From an uncultured Ignavibacteriales bacterium (GTDB lineage: Bacteria > Zixibacteria > MSB-5A5 > GN15 > FEB-12): a stretch of 64,000 nt of DNA. The notes beneath the pieces are model-generated. The model was not told the origin of the DNA, did not search any database, and saw only the letters and a program-made list of their open reading frames with translations. Both the position numbers and the translations under genes were made by a program. Location: contig CAYXJN010000006.1 in the NCBI GenBank assembly GCA_964464605.1, positions 124,001 to 188,000 on the forward strand, written 5' to 3'. Shown here piece by piece: positions 1 through 10,178 of this stretch. Position 1 is the first letter of the stretch. Each line of letters begins with the position of its first letter.

Positions 1-141
1 AATATGTTCACCTTGATTACGGTGGAATGTCTCGGCTCCTGCGCGACCGCCCCGATGATGCAGATTAACGATGATTTTCATGAAAATCTGACCCGCGCGA
101 AAGTCGATCAGATTTTGGATGAGTTACGGAGAAAAGGATGA
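1..141 (+). CDS. nuoE: NADH-quinone oxidoreductase subunit E, C-terminal part (truncated by window edge)
   Basis: Frame 1 reads [31 protein letters not shown]...RRKG*. CLGSC is the 2Fe-2S motif, and the stop overlaps the nuoF start (ATGA). Confidence 0.93.
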   Translation, partial: NMFTLITVECLGSCATAPMMQINDDFHENLTRAKVDQILDELRRKG

Positions 142-1478
142 GTTTTTATTCTCCCGTCATAACGAACGCGAATGAAGTAACCGCAAGCAATAAGCTGCAT
201 CTGTTCAAATATGTCGAAGATCCGAAGCAGCATGAAGTTGACACCTTTGTCGCCCATGGCGGGTACAAAGCCTGGCGCAAAGTGCTCACCGGCGGCATGA
301 CGCCCGATGCGGTTATCGACGAAGTGAAAAAATCAGGTCTGCGCGGACGCGGCGGCGCCGGATTCCCGACCGGTATGAAATGGAGTTTTGTCCCGAAAGG
401 TTCTCCCAAGGCACGCTACTTGTGCTGTAACGCCGATGAAAGCGAACCGGGAACCTGCAAAGACCGCGTACTGATGGAACGTGACCCGCATTCGATGATC
501 GAAGGAATGGCGATAGCTTCGTACGCTATCGGCTCACATCTCATGTTCTGCTATATCCGTGGTGAGTTCGGCCATTCGATCAAACGGGTAGAAGCTGCCA
601 TGCGGGAAGCATACGCCAAAGGACATCTTGGTAAAAATATCTACGGCTCCGGTTACGATCTGGACATGATCGTTCATACCGGCGGCGGTGCCTATATCTG
701 CGGTGAAGAGACCGGGCTTATCAATTCTATTGAAGGTGAAAAAGGGATGGCGCGTATTCGTCCGCCGTTCCCGGCTATCGAAGGTCTGTACGCCAGCCCG
801 ACAATCGTCAACAATGTTGAAAGTCTCGCTGCCGTCCCGTTCATTATCAACAACGGTGCCGACTGGTACAAATCGATGGGGACGGAAAAATCAGCCGGTA
901 CAAAATTGTTTTCACTCTCCGGCCATGTGAACCGTCCCGGTAACTTTGAAGTCGAACTCGGCTTCTCGCTGAAAAAAATGATTTATGATCCGGGATACGG
1001 CAACGGCATCCTCGGCGGCAAAAAACTGAAAGGTGTTATTCCGGGTGGCGCATCCACGCCGTTTTTGACGCCTGACATGATCGATGTCAAACTCGATTAT
1101 GAATCTCTCGCCGCCGCCGGTTCGATGCTCGGCTCAGGCGCGATTATCGTGTTCCATGAAGAGACCTGTATCGTCTGGACTATTTATAAGCTGATTCATT
1201 TCTTCCGTCATGAATCATGTGGTAAATGCACTCCCTGCCGTGAAGGTACCGGTTGGCTGGAGCAGATTGTAAAACGTATCGAACATGGACAAGGGAAGCC
1301 GGGAGATATTGAAACGATGGAAGAGGTCTGCGCCAATATTCTCGGCCGCACGATTTGTCCACTTGGTGATGCCGCGGTAATGCCGATTCAGTCTGCTATC
1401 AAACATTGGCGGGATGAATGGCAGTACCATATTGACCACAAACAATGTAAAGTGCGTTCACACTATCATTTTAATTAA
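138..1478 (+). CDS. nuoF: NADH-quinone oxidoreductase subunit F
   Basis: [33 protein letters not shown] and [12 protein letters not shown] (N3 cluster) motifs. Confidence 0.97.
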   Translation: MSFYSPVITNANEVTASNKLHLFKYVEDPKQHEVDTFVAHGGYKAWRKVLTGGMTPDAVIDEVKKSGLRGRGGAGFPTGMKWSFVPKGSPKARYLCCNADESEPGTCKDRVLMERDPHSMIEGMAIASYAIGSHLMFCYIRGEFGHSIKRVEAAMREAYAKGHLGKNIYGSGYDLDMIVHTGGGAYICGEETGLINSIEGEKGMARIRPPFPAIEGLYASPTIVNNVESLAAVPFIINNGADWYKSMGTEKSAGTKLFSLSGHVNRPGNFEVELGFSLKKMIYDPGYGNGILGGKKLKGVIPGGASTPFLTPDMIDVKLDYESLAAAGSMLGSGAIIVFHEETCIVWTIYKLIHFFRHESCGKCTPCREGTGWLEQIVKRIEHGQGKPGDIETMEEVCANILGRTICPLGDAAVMPIQSAIKHWRDEWQYHIDHKQCKVRSHYHFN

Positions 1479-1481
1479 ACT

Positions 1482-3986
1482 ATGGCACAGGAAACGAAAA
1501 TAGATTTCCCGATTCCGCCGCAAACGACGGAAATGATTACGTTCACGCTGGATGGCCGTCAGTTGACCGTTCCGAAAGGAACGACTGTTTTACAGGCGGC
1601 AATCGCGAGCGGTATCACCGTCCCCTTTTTCTGCTGGCATCCGAAGTTGAAACCGGTCGGTGCCTGCCGTATGTGCTATGTCGAAATCGAGAAGATGAAC
1701 AAACTGCAGGTTTCTTGCGCGACCGAAGTGTCTAATGGGATGGTCGTGCATTCCTCATCCGATATGGTCAAGCAGGGTCGCAAAGCGGTTATCGAGTTTA
1801 CACTCATCAACCACCCCCTTGACTGCCCGACCTGCGACAAAGGCGGCGAATGTGATTTACAGAATCTGACCTTCGCGCACGGATTCGATGACAGCCGGTT
1901 CGCCTTTTCCAAAATGCGGAAAAATCTCGGTGCTGAACGTTCGACCTTCGATGACAAACGTATCGGTCCGGAAATCGTGCTCAACCGGAATCGTTGTATT
2001 CTTTGCTACAAATGCGTTCGTGCGAATAAGGAAGCATTCGGTGAATATGATCTTGGCGCCTACGAGCGCGGCAATATCACCGAGATCGATGCCGAGCCGG
2101 GTGGGGCGGTGGTGAATCCGTTCTCCGGTAACTTGGTCGAAATCTGCCCGGTTGGCGCATTGACCAATACCGATTGGCGGTACAAGATTCGCGTTTGGTT
2201 GACTAAGACCACGCAGTCGATTGATCCGTTCGGTTCATCGGGTGCGAATATTCTGTTCTATAAGGAAGATCACAAAAATCATATCTATCGCACGACCGGT
2301 CGTCGCAATGACACTATTGATGACGGTTGGATTGCCGATGTCACCCGTTATGGCTACCAGATAGTTCATTCGCCGAACCGTCTCAAAACGCCGCTTATCA
2401 AGAAAAACGGCAAACAGGTGGAAGCGACATGGGAAGAAGCGCTCGGTTACGCTCAAAAACGGTTGAGCGAAATTAAAGAGAAAAAAGGTGGCAGCGCCTT
2501 AGCCGGATTAGTGTCACCGTCTTTGGATATCGAAACACTGTTCTCATTCTCGAAGTTGATGCGCTCGGTACTCAAAACGAATAATGTCGATTACCGAATC
2601 GATTATCGTCAGTTACCGACAGGCGATTCGCTGTTCAGTACGTTCTGCGAGCAGCCGTTCAAAATTGCCGATATTGCGACTTCTGATGTTATCGTGACTT
2701 TCGGTTCCGACTTGCATCGGGAACACCCGAATGAATACCTGCACATCCGTAAAGCGCGCAATTTCGCTGCGCCGCGCATTTACACAATGAATCCGTATAC
2801 GGTGAAATCATCGGATATCGCGGATACATCGATTGTTTACACACCGGGAACCGATGAAGCGGTTATCTCCGGTATCTGTTTAGCGGCTGCCGAAGAAAAT
2901 CTCGGTCAGAATGCCGCCGCAGTAAAAGGTAAATTGCCGTTCAATTCTATCGCCGAAGCAGCCGAAGCTGCCGGAGTTGCTGAAGACAGCCTTCGTTATG
3001 TCGCCCGCGGTTTAGCGCAAGGAAAGAAGATTACATTTATTATCGGCGAACTGATTACACGCTCATCGGCGCGGGAATCAATCGCCGCTGCACTTGCCAA
3101 TCTAAACCAGATATTCGGTATCACCAATCACGGTCAGATGGCGGTCTTAGCCCGGTACAGCAATTCAGTCGGCGCGCAGAAGTTGGGGCTGGTAACCAAC
3201 GACGGGCTCACCACCGACGGTATTTTCGCCGCGATGAAGAAAGATGAAATTAACGGTTGTGTGATTATTGGAACTGATCCGGTTAGTATGTATCCGGATC
3301 GCCATTTTGCAAAAGAAGCGCTCGATAAAACGGAATTTGTTGTCGCTGCCGATATGTTCGAAACGCCGACTACGGTGCTGGCCGATGTCGTTCTCCCGCT
3401 CGCAAGTTGGGCGGAAGCGGATGGGCACTTTATCAATCTTGAGGGCAGAATGCAAAAAGCGAACCGCGCGATTCGGCCGTTATATCAGGCTAAACCGGGT
3501 TCAGAGCTGCTCAGCGATTTAGCGACGCTTTTTGGAACAGCATTATTTACTTCCGATACCGAACGTAAACGGCAGATGGAAGTCCTGCTCTCAAATTACC
3601 AGACCCCATCGTTGCCAAGTTCAGTGGTCGAAGTGAAAGCAAGCGTAGCGCAGGGAACCGCAGGGGAAGGATTACCGCTGTTCATTGTCGATGATGCGCA
3701 TCACTTTGGGTATATCACTGAGCATTCTGAATCGCTTACCAATTTTGCGAGCGAAGGTTACGCTGAAATTTCTGCATCGTTTGCCAAGAAACAGGGAATC
3801 AAGGCTGGTGATACGCTACGTTTGGAATCGGCGACGGGCAAGATTCACGTAAAGGCAAAAGTTTCACGCACACTTACGAGCGATGTCGTATTAGTGCCGC
3901 GCAATTTCTCGGCCTGTCCGGCCAATCAATTGGTCGAAGCGCGTCATCGCGTTGACTGGGTAAAAATCAGTAAGGTGGATGGTTGA
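1482..3986 (+). CDS. nuoG: NADH-quinone oxidoreductase subunit G
   Basis: GACRMC, HPLDCPTCDKGGECDLQ and RCILCYKCVR...EICPVGAL motifs, molybdopterin-oxidoreductase-like C-terminus, operon position. Confidence 0.95.
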   Translation: MAQETKIDFPIPPQTTEMITFTLDGRQLTVPKGTTVLQAAIASGITVPFFCWHPKLKPVGACRMCYVEIEKMNKLQVSCATEVSNGMVVHSSSDMVKQGRKAVIEFTLINHPLDCPTCDKGGECDLQNLTFAHGFDDSRFAFSKMRKNLGAERSTFDDKRIGPEIVLNRNRCILCYKCVRANKEAFGEYDLGAYERGNITEIDAEPGGAVVNPFSGNLVEICPVGALTNTDWRYKIRVWLTKTTQSIDPFGSSGANILFYKEDHKNHIYRTTGRRNDTIDDGWIADVTRYGYQIVHSPNRLKTPLIKKNGKQVEATWEEALGYAQKRLSEIKEKKGGSALAGLVSPSLDIETLFSFSKLMRSVLKTNNVDYRIDYRQLPTGDSLFSTFCEQPFKIADIATSDVIVTFGSDLHREHPNEYLHIRKARNFAAPRIYTMNPYTVKSSDIADTSIVYTPGTDEAVISGICLAAAEENLGQNAAAVKGKLPFNSIAEAAEAAGVAEDSLRYVARGLAQGKKITFIIGELITRSSARESIAAALANLNQIFGITNHGQMAVLARYSNSVGAQKLGLVTNDGLTTDGIFAAMKKDEINGCVIIGTDPVSMYPDRHFAKEALDKTEFVVAADMFETPTTVLADVVLPLASWAEADGHFINLEGRMQKANRAIRPLYQAKPGSELLSDLATLFGTALFTSDTERKRQMEVLLSNYQTPSLPSSVVEVKASVAQGTAGEGLPLFIVDDAHHFGYITEHSESLTNFASEGYAEISASFAKKQGIKAGDTLRLESATGKIHVKAKVSRTLTSDVVLVPRNFSACPANQLVEARHRVDWVKISKVDG

Positions 3987-4981
3987 TGGAAATAGTCATC
4001 ATCTCAATGGTCAAGATTGCGCTGGTCATTTTCGTGCTATTGACCGCCTGCGCCTATTCAACCTGGCTGGAACGAAAAGTTATGGCGCATATGCAGCATC
4101 GCATGGGGCCGATTTTTCCGGGTCCGTTCGGGTTGCTCTTGCCATTGGCCGACGGTATCAAGCTCGCCTTCAAAGAAGATTTTGTACCGGATCAGGTAGA
4201 GAAGACGACGTACCGGCTGGCGCCGATTATTTCGTTTATTCCCGCAATTTTGACCTTTGCGGTTATTCCGCTTGGACCGACGCTTGATGTCTTCGGCCGT
4301 CAGATCGATGCCGTTATTTCGGATCTGAATATCTCGGTGCTCTTTATTTTCGCAATAACCTCGCTCGGTGTCTATGGCATCGTGCTGGCGGGGTGGTCAT
4401 CCGGCTCGAAGTACTCATTATTGGGCGGTATTCGTTCCTCCGCGCAGATGATTTCCTATGAAGTCGCTTACGGCCTTTCGATTATCGGCGTTATCGTGAT
4501 TGCCGGAACGTTATCGCTGAAAGAATTGATCGCCCAGCAGGATAGTGTTCTGCATTGGTATATCTGGAAACAGCCGCTTGGCTTTTTGCTCTATTTGGTT
4601 TGTGCTATCGCCGAAACCAACCGCGCACCGTTTGATCTGGCCGAAGCTGAGTCGGAATTGTGCGCCGGATTCCATACCGAGTATTCTTCAATGCGGTTCT
4701 CGATGTTCTTTATCGGCGAATATGCCAACATGATGGCGGTTTCCTGTGTCGGTTCCGTGTTGTTTTTAGGCGGCTGGAACGGCCCGATGGTAGACCAGAT
4801 TCCGCTTTTGGGTTTCCTCTGGTTTGCCTTGAAAGTATTTTGTTTCATGTTTTTCTATATCTGGCTGCGGGCCACATTCCCGCGTTTCAGATATGATCAG
4901 TTAATGAATTTTGGCTGGAAGGTACTGTTGCCGTTGGCGCTGATCAATGTTATGGTCACGGCAGCATTTGTCATATTCTAA
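3986..4981 (+). CDS. nuoH: NADH-quinone oxidoreductase subunit H
   Basis: ERKVMAHMQHRMGP, ADGIKL, AETNRAPFDLAEAESEL, PRFRYDQLM. ATG at 3986 overlaps the nuoG stop. Confidence 0.97.
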   Translation: MEIVIISMVKIALVIFVLLTACAYSTWLERKVMAHMQHRMGPIFPGPFGLLLPLADGIKLAFKEDFVPDQVEKTTYRLAPIISFIPAILTFAVIPLGPTLDVFGRQIDAVISDLNISVLFIFAITSLGVYGIVLAGWSSGSKYSLLGGIRSSAQMISYEVAYGLSIIGVIVIAGTLSLKELIAQQDSVLHWYIWKQPLGFLLYLVCAIAETNRAPFDLAEAESELCAGFHTEYSSMRFSMFFIGEYANMMAVSCVGSVLFLGGWNGPMVDQIPLLGFLWFALKVFCFMFFYIWLRATFPRFRYDQLMNFGWKVLLPLALINVMVTAAFVIF

Positions 4982-4998
4982 GAAGGTGGTGTAAAACT

Positions 4999-5508
4999 AT
5001 GCGAGATATACTCAAAGCGTTTGGTAATGTGTTCCTCAAAATGCCGAAAGGGTTTGTCGTCACATTCTCGCATCTGTTCCGCAAACCGGTCACCATCAAT
5101 TATCCGACCGAGAAAAAGCCGATGGCTCCCCGCTATCGCGGAAAGCATTACCTTGAACGGTACGATGACGGCTCCGAGCGCTGCGTGTGCTGTGGTTTGT
5201 GCGCGGCGGCCTGTCCGGCGGATGCAATTTATATGGAGCCAGAGGAAACCCCCGGCGGCGAACGAAAAGCGAAGATTTACGAAATCAATTTGCTCCGCTG
5301 TATTTTCTGCGGCTATTGCGAAGAAGCCTGCCCGGAAGAAGCGATTTTCTTAGGACGGGAATATGAGTTTTCGGATGATAAGCGGGACAAGTTCATCTGG
5401 ACAAAACAGGATATGTTAGTACCGCATCCGCGCCGGGAGAACCCGTTCAAGCGGATGTACCGGAATGTTCGCAAAGTGTACGGCGTAACGGATAAGAAAG
5501 CCTCATGA
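4999..5508 (+). CDS. nuoI: NADH-quinone oxidoreductase subunit I
   Basis: Two CxxCxxCxxxCP 4Fe-4S motifs (RCVCCGLCAAACP, RCIFCGYCEEACP). Confidence 0.96.
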   Translation: MRDILKAFGNVFLKMPKGFVVTFSHLFRKPVTINYPTEKKPMAPRYRGKHYLERYDDGSERCVCCGLCAAACPADAIYMEPEETPGGERKAKIYEINLLRCIFCGYCEEACPEEAIFLGREYEFSDDKRDKFIWTKQDMLVPHPRRENPFKRMYRNVRKVYGVTDKKAS

Positions 5509-6098
5509 CCTTAGATCAAATCATTTTCGGCGTTTCCTCGGTTGTCGCTATTTTCGGCGTCATTATGATGCTGGCACAGCGCAATCCGGTGGCGTCAGTG
5601 TTGTATCTGATTCTCTCATTAGTATCGCAAGCGGTGCTCTATATCCAGTTGAGTGCGGTCTTTTTAGCGGCCGTGCTGATTATTGTCTATGCCGGCGCGA
5701 TTATGATTCTGTTCCTCTTCGTTATCATGCTGCTCAATTTGCGCGGCACAGAGGATTTAGGGCCGGGCTCAAAACCAATCGGCAATCTAACCAAGTATTC
5801 TGTCTCTGCGTTGTTGTTGGCAGAACTCGTTTTCATGATTCGAACCAGTTTCTTTGCCAATCCGGGCGGTACCGGTGTTGGTGCTTTGGTGCCGGATGGT
5901 TTTGGATCGGTCAAACAGATCGCGACCATATTCTTTACCAAATATCTCTATCCGTTTGAATTGGTGAGTATTCTTTTGTTAGCTGCAATTGTCGGCGCGG
6001 TCGTGATGGCCAAGAAAGATTTGGAAGGGCATCCGGAACCGCATGAACTGGCACAGTCATCTGATACTGACGAAAAGAAAGAGGTTGCCAAAATATGA
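5505..6098 (+). CDS. nuoJ: NADH-quinone oxidoreductase subunit J
   Basis: IVYAGAIMILFLFVIMLL and PFELVSILLL, hydrophobic, operon order. Confidence 0.95.
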   Translation: MTLDQIIFGVSSVVAIFGVIMMLAQRNPVASVLYLILSLVSQAVLYIQLSAVFLAAVLIIVYAGAIMILFLFVIMLLNLRGTEDLGPGSKPIGNLTKYSVSALLLAELVFMIRTSFFANPGGTGVGALVPDGFGSVKQIATIFFTKYLYPFELVSILLLAAIVGAVVMAKKDLEGHPEPHELAQSSDTDEKKEVAKI

Positions 6099-6397
6099 TT
6101 CCAATACCAGCATATTTGACTATAGCCGCGATTCTCTTTGGCTTGGGTGCTTTAGGTGTGTTAATCAGCCGGAATATTATTGTCATGTTCATGTCGGTTG
6201 AAGTCATGCTCAATGCCGCGAACTTGGCGATTATCGCTTTCTCGCGGGCGTTGAACGTGGCCGATGGGCATGTCATCGTGTTTCTTGTCCTCACACTCGC
6301 AGCGGCGGAAGCGGCGGTCGGGTTGGCGATGATTATCACGCTGTTCCGCAACAAACAAACCGTCAACATTGACCAGTTCAGTATACTTAAAGGATAA
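6095..6397 (+). CDS. nuoK: NADH-quinone oxidoreductase subunit K
   Basis: MSVEVMLNAAN and AAAEAAVGLA, 100 aa with about three TM segments. Confidence 0.96.
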   Translation: MIPIPAYLTIAAILFGLGALGVLISRNIIVMFMSVEVMLNAANLAIIAFSRALNVADGHVIVFLVLTLAAAEAAVGLAMIITLFRNKQTVNIDQFSILKG

Positions 6398-6399
6398 CG

Positions 6400-8346
6400 A
6401 TGTCAGATTTCCTGTATCTCATACCGATTTTCCCGCTCGTAGGATTTCTGATCAATTTCCTGTTTTTAGGTAAGGTGCCGAAAAACTTAGTCGGCGTTAT
6501 CGGTGCCGGTTCAGTGTTTCTTTCGTTCGTGCTGGCGGTCACGCTCTTTTTTGAACTCAAAGGGCTGCCGGTAGAAAGCCGTTTTATCGAACAGACCCTG
6601 TTTGCCTGGATTCCATCCGGCGTACTTAATGTTAATTTCGGATTTTTGCTCGACCCATTATCAGCAGTCATGATTTTAGTCGTTACCGGTGTCGGGTTTT
6701 TGATTCATGTTTATTCAATAGGATACATGAGCCATGACCCCGGATTCGGACGATTCTTTTCGTATTTAAATCTCTTCACTTTTTCGATGCTCATGCTGGT
6801 ATTAGGGAATAACTTCCTGCTCATGTTCGTCGGCTGGGAAGGGGTAGGACTTTGTTCGTATCTGTTAATCGGCTTCTGGTTTCAGAAGAAATCGGCCTGC
6901 GATGCAGGGAAGAAGGCGTTCATTGTCAATCGTATCGGTGACTTCGGATTTTTGCTCGGGATGTTTATCATTTTCTGGCAAGTACAGTCACTCGATTTCC
7001 GCAAAGTTATAGAAGTCGGCCCGACCGTTTTTGAAGCTGGTGGTATGTTGATTACCGCTGCTTGTCTCTTGTTGTTCGTCGGTGCGGCCGGTAAATCGGC
7101 ACAGATTCCGTTATATGTCTGGTTGCCGGATGCAATGGAAGGCCCCACGCCGGTTTCTGCACTTATCCATGCGGCTACAATGGTTACCGCCGGTGTGTAC
7201 ATGATTGCCCGGTTGAACGGCCTGTTTATTATGGCGCCGGATGCTTTAATGGTTGTCGCCATTATCGGTGCCGCTACGGCGTTCTTTGCCGCGACGATCG
7301 GCTTGGTACAGAATGATATCAAACGAGTCCTGGCGTATTCAACAGTCTCACAGCTTGGGTATATGTTTTTAGCCTGCGGTGTTGCCTCGTTTACAGCCGG
7401 TGTGTTCCATCTGATGACTCACGCCTTTTTCAAAGCGCTGTTATTCCTTGGCGCAGGATCGGTCATTCACGCCATGTCGGATGAGCAGGATATCCGCAAG
7501 ATGGGTGGCCTCAAAAAGTATCTCCCGATTACCTACATGACTTTCTTTATCGCGACGTTAGCGATTGCCGGAATTCCCGGTCTTTCCGGATTTTTCTCCA
7601 AAGATGAAATTCTCTGGAAATCATTTTCATCGGAACATGGACATATCATTTTCTGGGTAATTGGATTTGCCACTGCCGGTATGACTGCGTTCTATATGTT
7701 CCGTCTGTTCTATCTGACCTTCCACGGCACCGAACGGATGGACGCCCACACCAAATCGCATATTCATGAATCGCCAAAAACGATGACCATTCCGTTGATC
7801 GTTCTGGCGGTGCTGTCGGTTGTCGGCGGCTATGTCGGCTTGCCGCATATTTTCGGAACGCATAATTATTTCGAAGAATGGCTCGCTCCTGTGATGGCGC
7901 ATAGCGGCGGGGGGGAAGCACACGCGCTTGCTTCCGCTGGCGGCGATGCCTCAATGGAATGGCTCTTAATGGGACTTTCTGTAGCGCTGGTCATTGTCGC
8001 TATTCTGTTCGCCCGGTATCTGTATAAGCAAAATCTTTCGGCAGCCGGTGCGATTAAAGCAAAACTCTCCGGACTGCATCATCTGTTACTGAACAAATAC
8101 TTCGTCGATGAAATTTACGGCGCAATTATTATCAAGCCGGTTATTCTCTTTTCGCTCTTCTTGTGGAAAGTAATTGATGTGGTCGTTATCGACGGCTTTA
8201 TTAACGGTTTGGCGAATCTGTACGACGGTATTTCCGAAGCAATGCGCTGGTTCCAAACGGGGCGTGTTCGCACCTACGCGACCGGTTTTGTCTTTGGCGT
8301 CTGCGCGATTATTTTGTATATCGCCTATTGGGGAGTGAGCAGGTAA
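6400..8346 (+). CDS. nuoL: NADH-quinone oxidoreductase subunit L
   Basis: [55 protein letters not shown]. Confidence 0.97.
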   Translation: MSDFLYLIPIFPLVGFLINFLFLGKVPKNLVGVIGAGSVFLSFVLAVTLFFELKGLPVESRFIEQTLFAWIPSGVLNVNFGFLLDPLSAVMILVVTGVGFLIHVYSIGYMSHDPGFGRFFSYLNLFTFSMLMLVLGNNFLLMFVGWEGVGLCSYLLIGFWFQKKSACDAGKKAFIVNRIGDFGFLLGMFIIFWQVQSLDFRKVIEVGPTVFEAGGMLITAACLLLFVGAAGKSAQIPLYVWLPDAMEGPTPVSALIHAATMVTAGVYMIARLNGLFIMAPDALMVVAIIGAATAFFAATIGLVQNDIKRVLAYSTVSQLGYMFLACGVASFTAGVFHLMTHAFFKALLFLGAGSVIHAMSDEQDIRKMGGLKKYLPITYMTFFIATLAIAGIPGLSGFFSKDEILWKSFSSEHGHIIFWVIGFATAGMTAFYMFRLFYLTFHGTERMDAHTKSHIHESPKTMTIPLIVLAVLSVVGGYVGLPHIFGTHNYFEEWLAPVMAHSGGGEAHALASAGGDASMEWLLMGLSVALVIVAILFARYLYKQNLSAAGAIKAKLSGLHHLLLNKYFVDEIYGAIIIKPVILFSLFLWKVIDVVVIDGFINGLANLYDGISEAMRWFQTGRVRTYATGFVFGVCAIILYIAYWGVSR

Positions 8347-8347
8347 T

Positions 8348-9913
8348 ATGGAATCATCTATTCTTACCCTGCTGACCTTCCTGCCCGCCGTTGGGGCGTT
8401 TATTCTCGCGCTGGTACCGGCGGAAAAGACCAATCTTATCAAACAGATAAGTCTCGGCGTGTCGCTCGTCGTCATGCTGCTTTCATTCGTGCTCTATGGC
8501 ATGTTCGATCCGGCGGCTGTCGGCATGCAGTTCGTGGTCGATGTTCCGTGGATTTCTTCCATTGGCGTCAGTTACCACATGGGAATCGACGGCATTTCAC
8601 TCTTATTAATTGTACTGACCGCTATTTTGACTGTGCCGGCGATTCTCTGTTCATGGCACTCGGTCGAAAAGGGAGTGAAAGGGTTTTACATATCCCTGTT
8701 GTTTCTCACGACCGGTATGATCGGTGTGTTCTGCGCGCTTGATTTGTTCCTGTTCTATGTGTTGTGGGAAGTGATGCTCATTCCGATGTATTTCATCATC
8801 GGCGTCTGGGGTGGTGTTCGCCGTGTCTATGCGGCAATTAAGTTCGTGCTCTTTACTATGTCCGGCTCACTGTTGATGCTGGTTGCTATTTTATACCTGC
8901 TGTTTGCCTATCAGGGCCAGACCGGTGAATTTACGTTCGACATGATGAAGCTTTCTGAAATGTCGATCCTGCCCGGCCCGCAGATGTGGCTCTTCGCCGC
9001 TTTCGCTTTAGCCTTCGCGATAAAAGTCCCGCTCTTTCCATTACATACCTGGCTGCCGGATGCGCACGTGGAAGCCCCTACCGCCGGTTCGGTGATTTTG
9101 GCCGGTGTGCTTTTGAAGATGGGAACGTACGGCTTTATCCGTATCTGTATGCCGATGTTTCCGGATGCGACCGTCGCGTTCATGCCGTGGATTGCGGTCT
9201 TATCCGTTATCGCGATTATCTATGGCGCGCTCGTTGCGATGGTGCAGAAGGATGTTAAATCCCTCGTCGCCTTTTCATCCGTTTCACATATGGGTTTTGT
9301 CATGCTCGGTCTGTTCGCGTTCAACATGCAAGGGATGCAAGGCGCGATTTTGCAGATGATCAACCACGGCGTTTCAACCGGCGCGTTGTTCTTGTTGGTC
9401 GGAATGATTTATGACCGCCGCCACACGCGTATGATCGATCAATTCGGCGGCATTGCCAATGTCATGCCGATTTACGCGACCTTTTTCCTGATTGTCACGC
9501 TTTCCTCGATCGGCTTGCCGCTTACTAACGGGTTTGTCGGCGAGTTTTTGATTTTGTTAGGCGCGTTCAAAACCAATATGTGGTACGGCGCTTTAGCCGC
9601 GACCGGTGTTATTCTTTCGGCGGCTTACATGCTCTGGATGTTTCAGCGGGTGATTTTCGGTAAAGTGACGAACCCTGAAAATGAAAAACTGCTCGATATC
9701 AACTGGCGGGAAAAAGTCATTCTTATACCGCTCATTGTGTTGATTTTCTGGATCGGTATTTATCCTAAACCGTTCTTTGACCGTATCGAACCGGCTGCTC
9801 AGCGCGCCTTGACCGAAGTCGGTCAGGCGGCCTCGGTTGATATCAATGATCAGTTCGAGATTACCAAAAAGGGTACGCTCACCCAAACGGATACGGAAGA
9901 GGCCGGCAAATGA
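8348..9913 (+). CDS. nuoM: NADH-quinone oxidoreductase subunit M
   Basis: [37 protein letters not shown]. Confidence 0.97.
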   Translation: MESSILTLLTFLPAVGAFILALVPAEKTNLIKQISLGVSLVVMLLSFVLYGMFDPAAVGMQFVVDVPWISSIGVSYHMGIDGISLLLIVLTAILTVPAILCSWHSVEKGVKGFYISLLFLTTGMIGVFCALDLFLFYVLWEVMLIPMYFIIGVWGGVRRVYAAIKFVLFTMSGSLLMLVAILYLLFAYQGQTGEFTFDMMKLSEMSILPGPQMWLFAAFALAFAIKVPLFPLHTWLPDAHVEAPTAGSVILAGVLLKMGTYGFIRICMPMFPDATVAFMPWIAVLSVIAIIYGALVAMVQKDVKSLVAFSSVSHMGFVMLGLFAFNMQGMQGAILQMINHGVSTGALFLLVGMIYDRRHTRMIDQFGGIANVMPIYATFFLIVTLSSIGLPLTNGFVGEFLILLGAFKTNMWYGALAATGVILSAAYMLWMFQRVIFGKVTNPENEKLLDINWREKVILIPLIVLIFWIGIYPKPFFDRIEPAAQRALTEVGQAASVDINDQFEITKKGTLTQTDTEEAGK

Positions 9914-10134
9914 GCGCGGAACTGATTATCTATACCAAAACCGGCTGTCCGTATTGTGCGGCGGCAAAAAAGCATTACACGAATTTAGGAAGAACGTTTA
10001 CGGAAATTAATATCACCGAGAACCCGTCGGAGAAAGCGAACCTGCTCAAACTGAGTGAAGGAATGAGCATGGTACCGGTTATCGTCGATAACGGCCAGGT
10101 GCAGCTTGGCTTCGGCGGCGGGTGAGGGTTTTGA
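9910..10134 (+). CDS. Glutaredoxin-like protein, probable selenoprotein of the Uxx-star type (C-terminus GFGGG-U-G-F-stop)
   Basis: N-terminal CPYC active site and MVPVIV cis-Pro motif. In-frame TGA at 10123-10125 is followed by GGG TTT TGA TAA, with a hairpin just downstream. If UGA is a stop, the CDS ends at 10125. Confidence 0.8.
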
Positions 10135-10140
10135 TAAAAG

Positions 10141-10158
10141 ACGCGGCGGTCGTCGCGT
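10141..10158 (+). promoter_or_regulatory. Candidate bacterial SECIS hairpin
   Basis: ACGCGGC-GGTC-GTCGCGT forms a 7-bp stem (one G-U) with a GGUC loop about 22 nt after the in-frame UGA. It resembles the GGUC-containing apical loop of the E. coli fdhF SECIS. Confidence 0.65.
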
Positions 10159-10178
10159 GAGGAACTAAGAAAAGCGAA

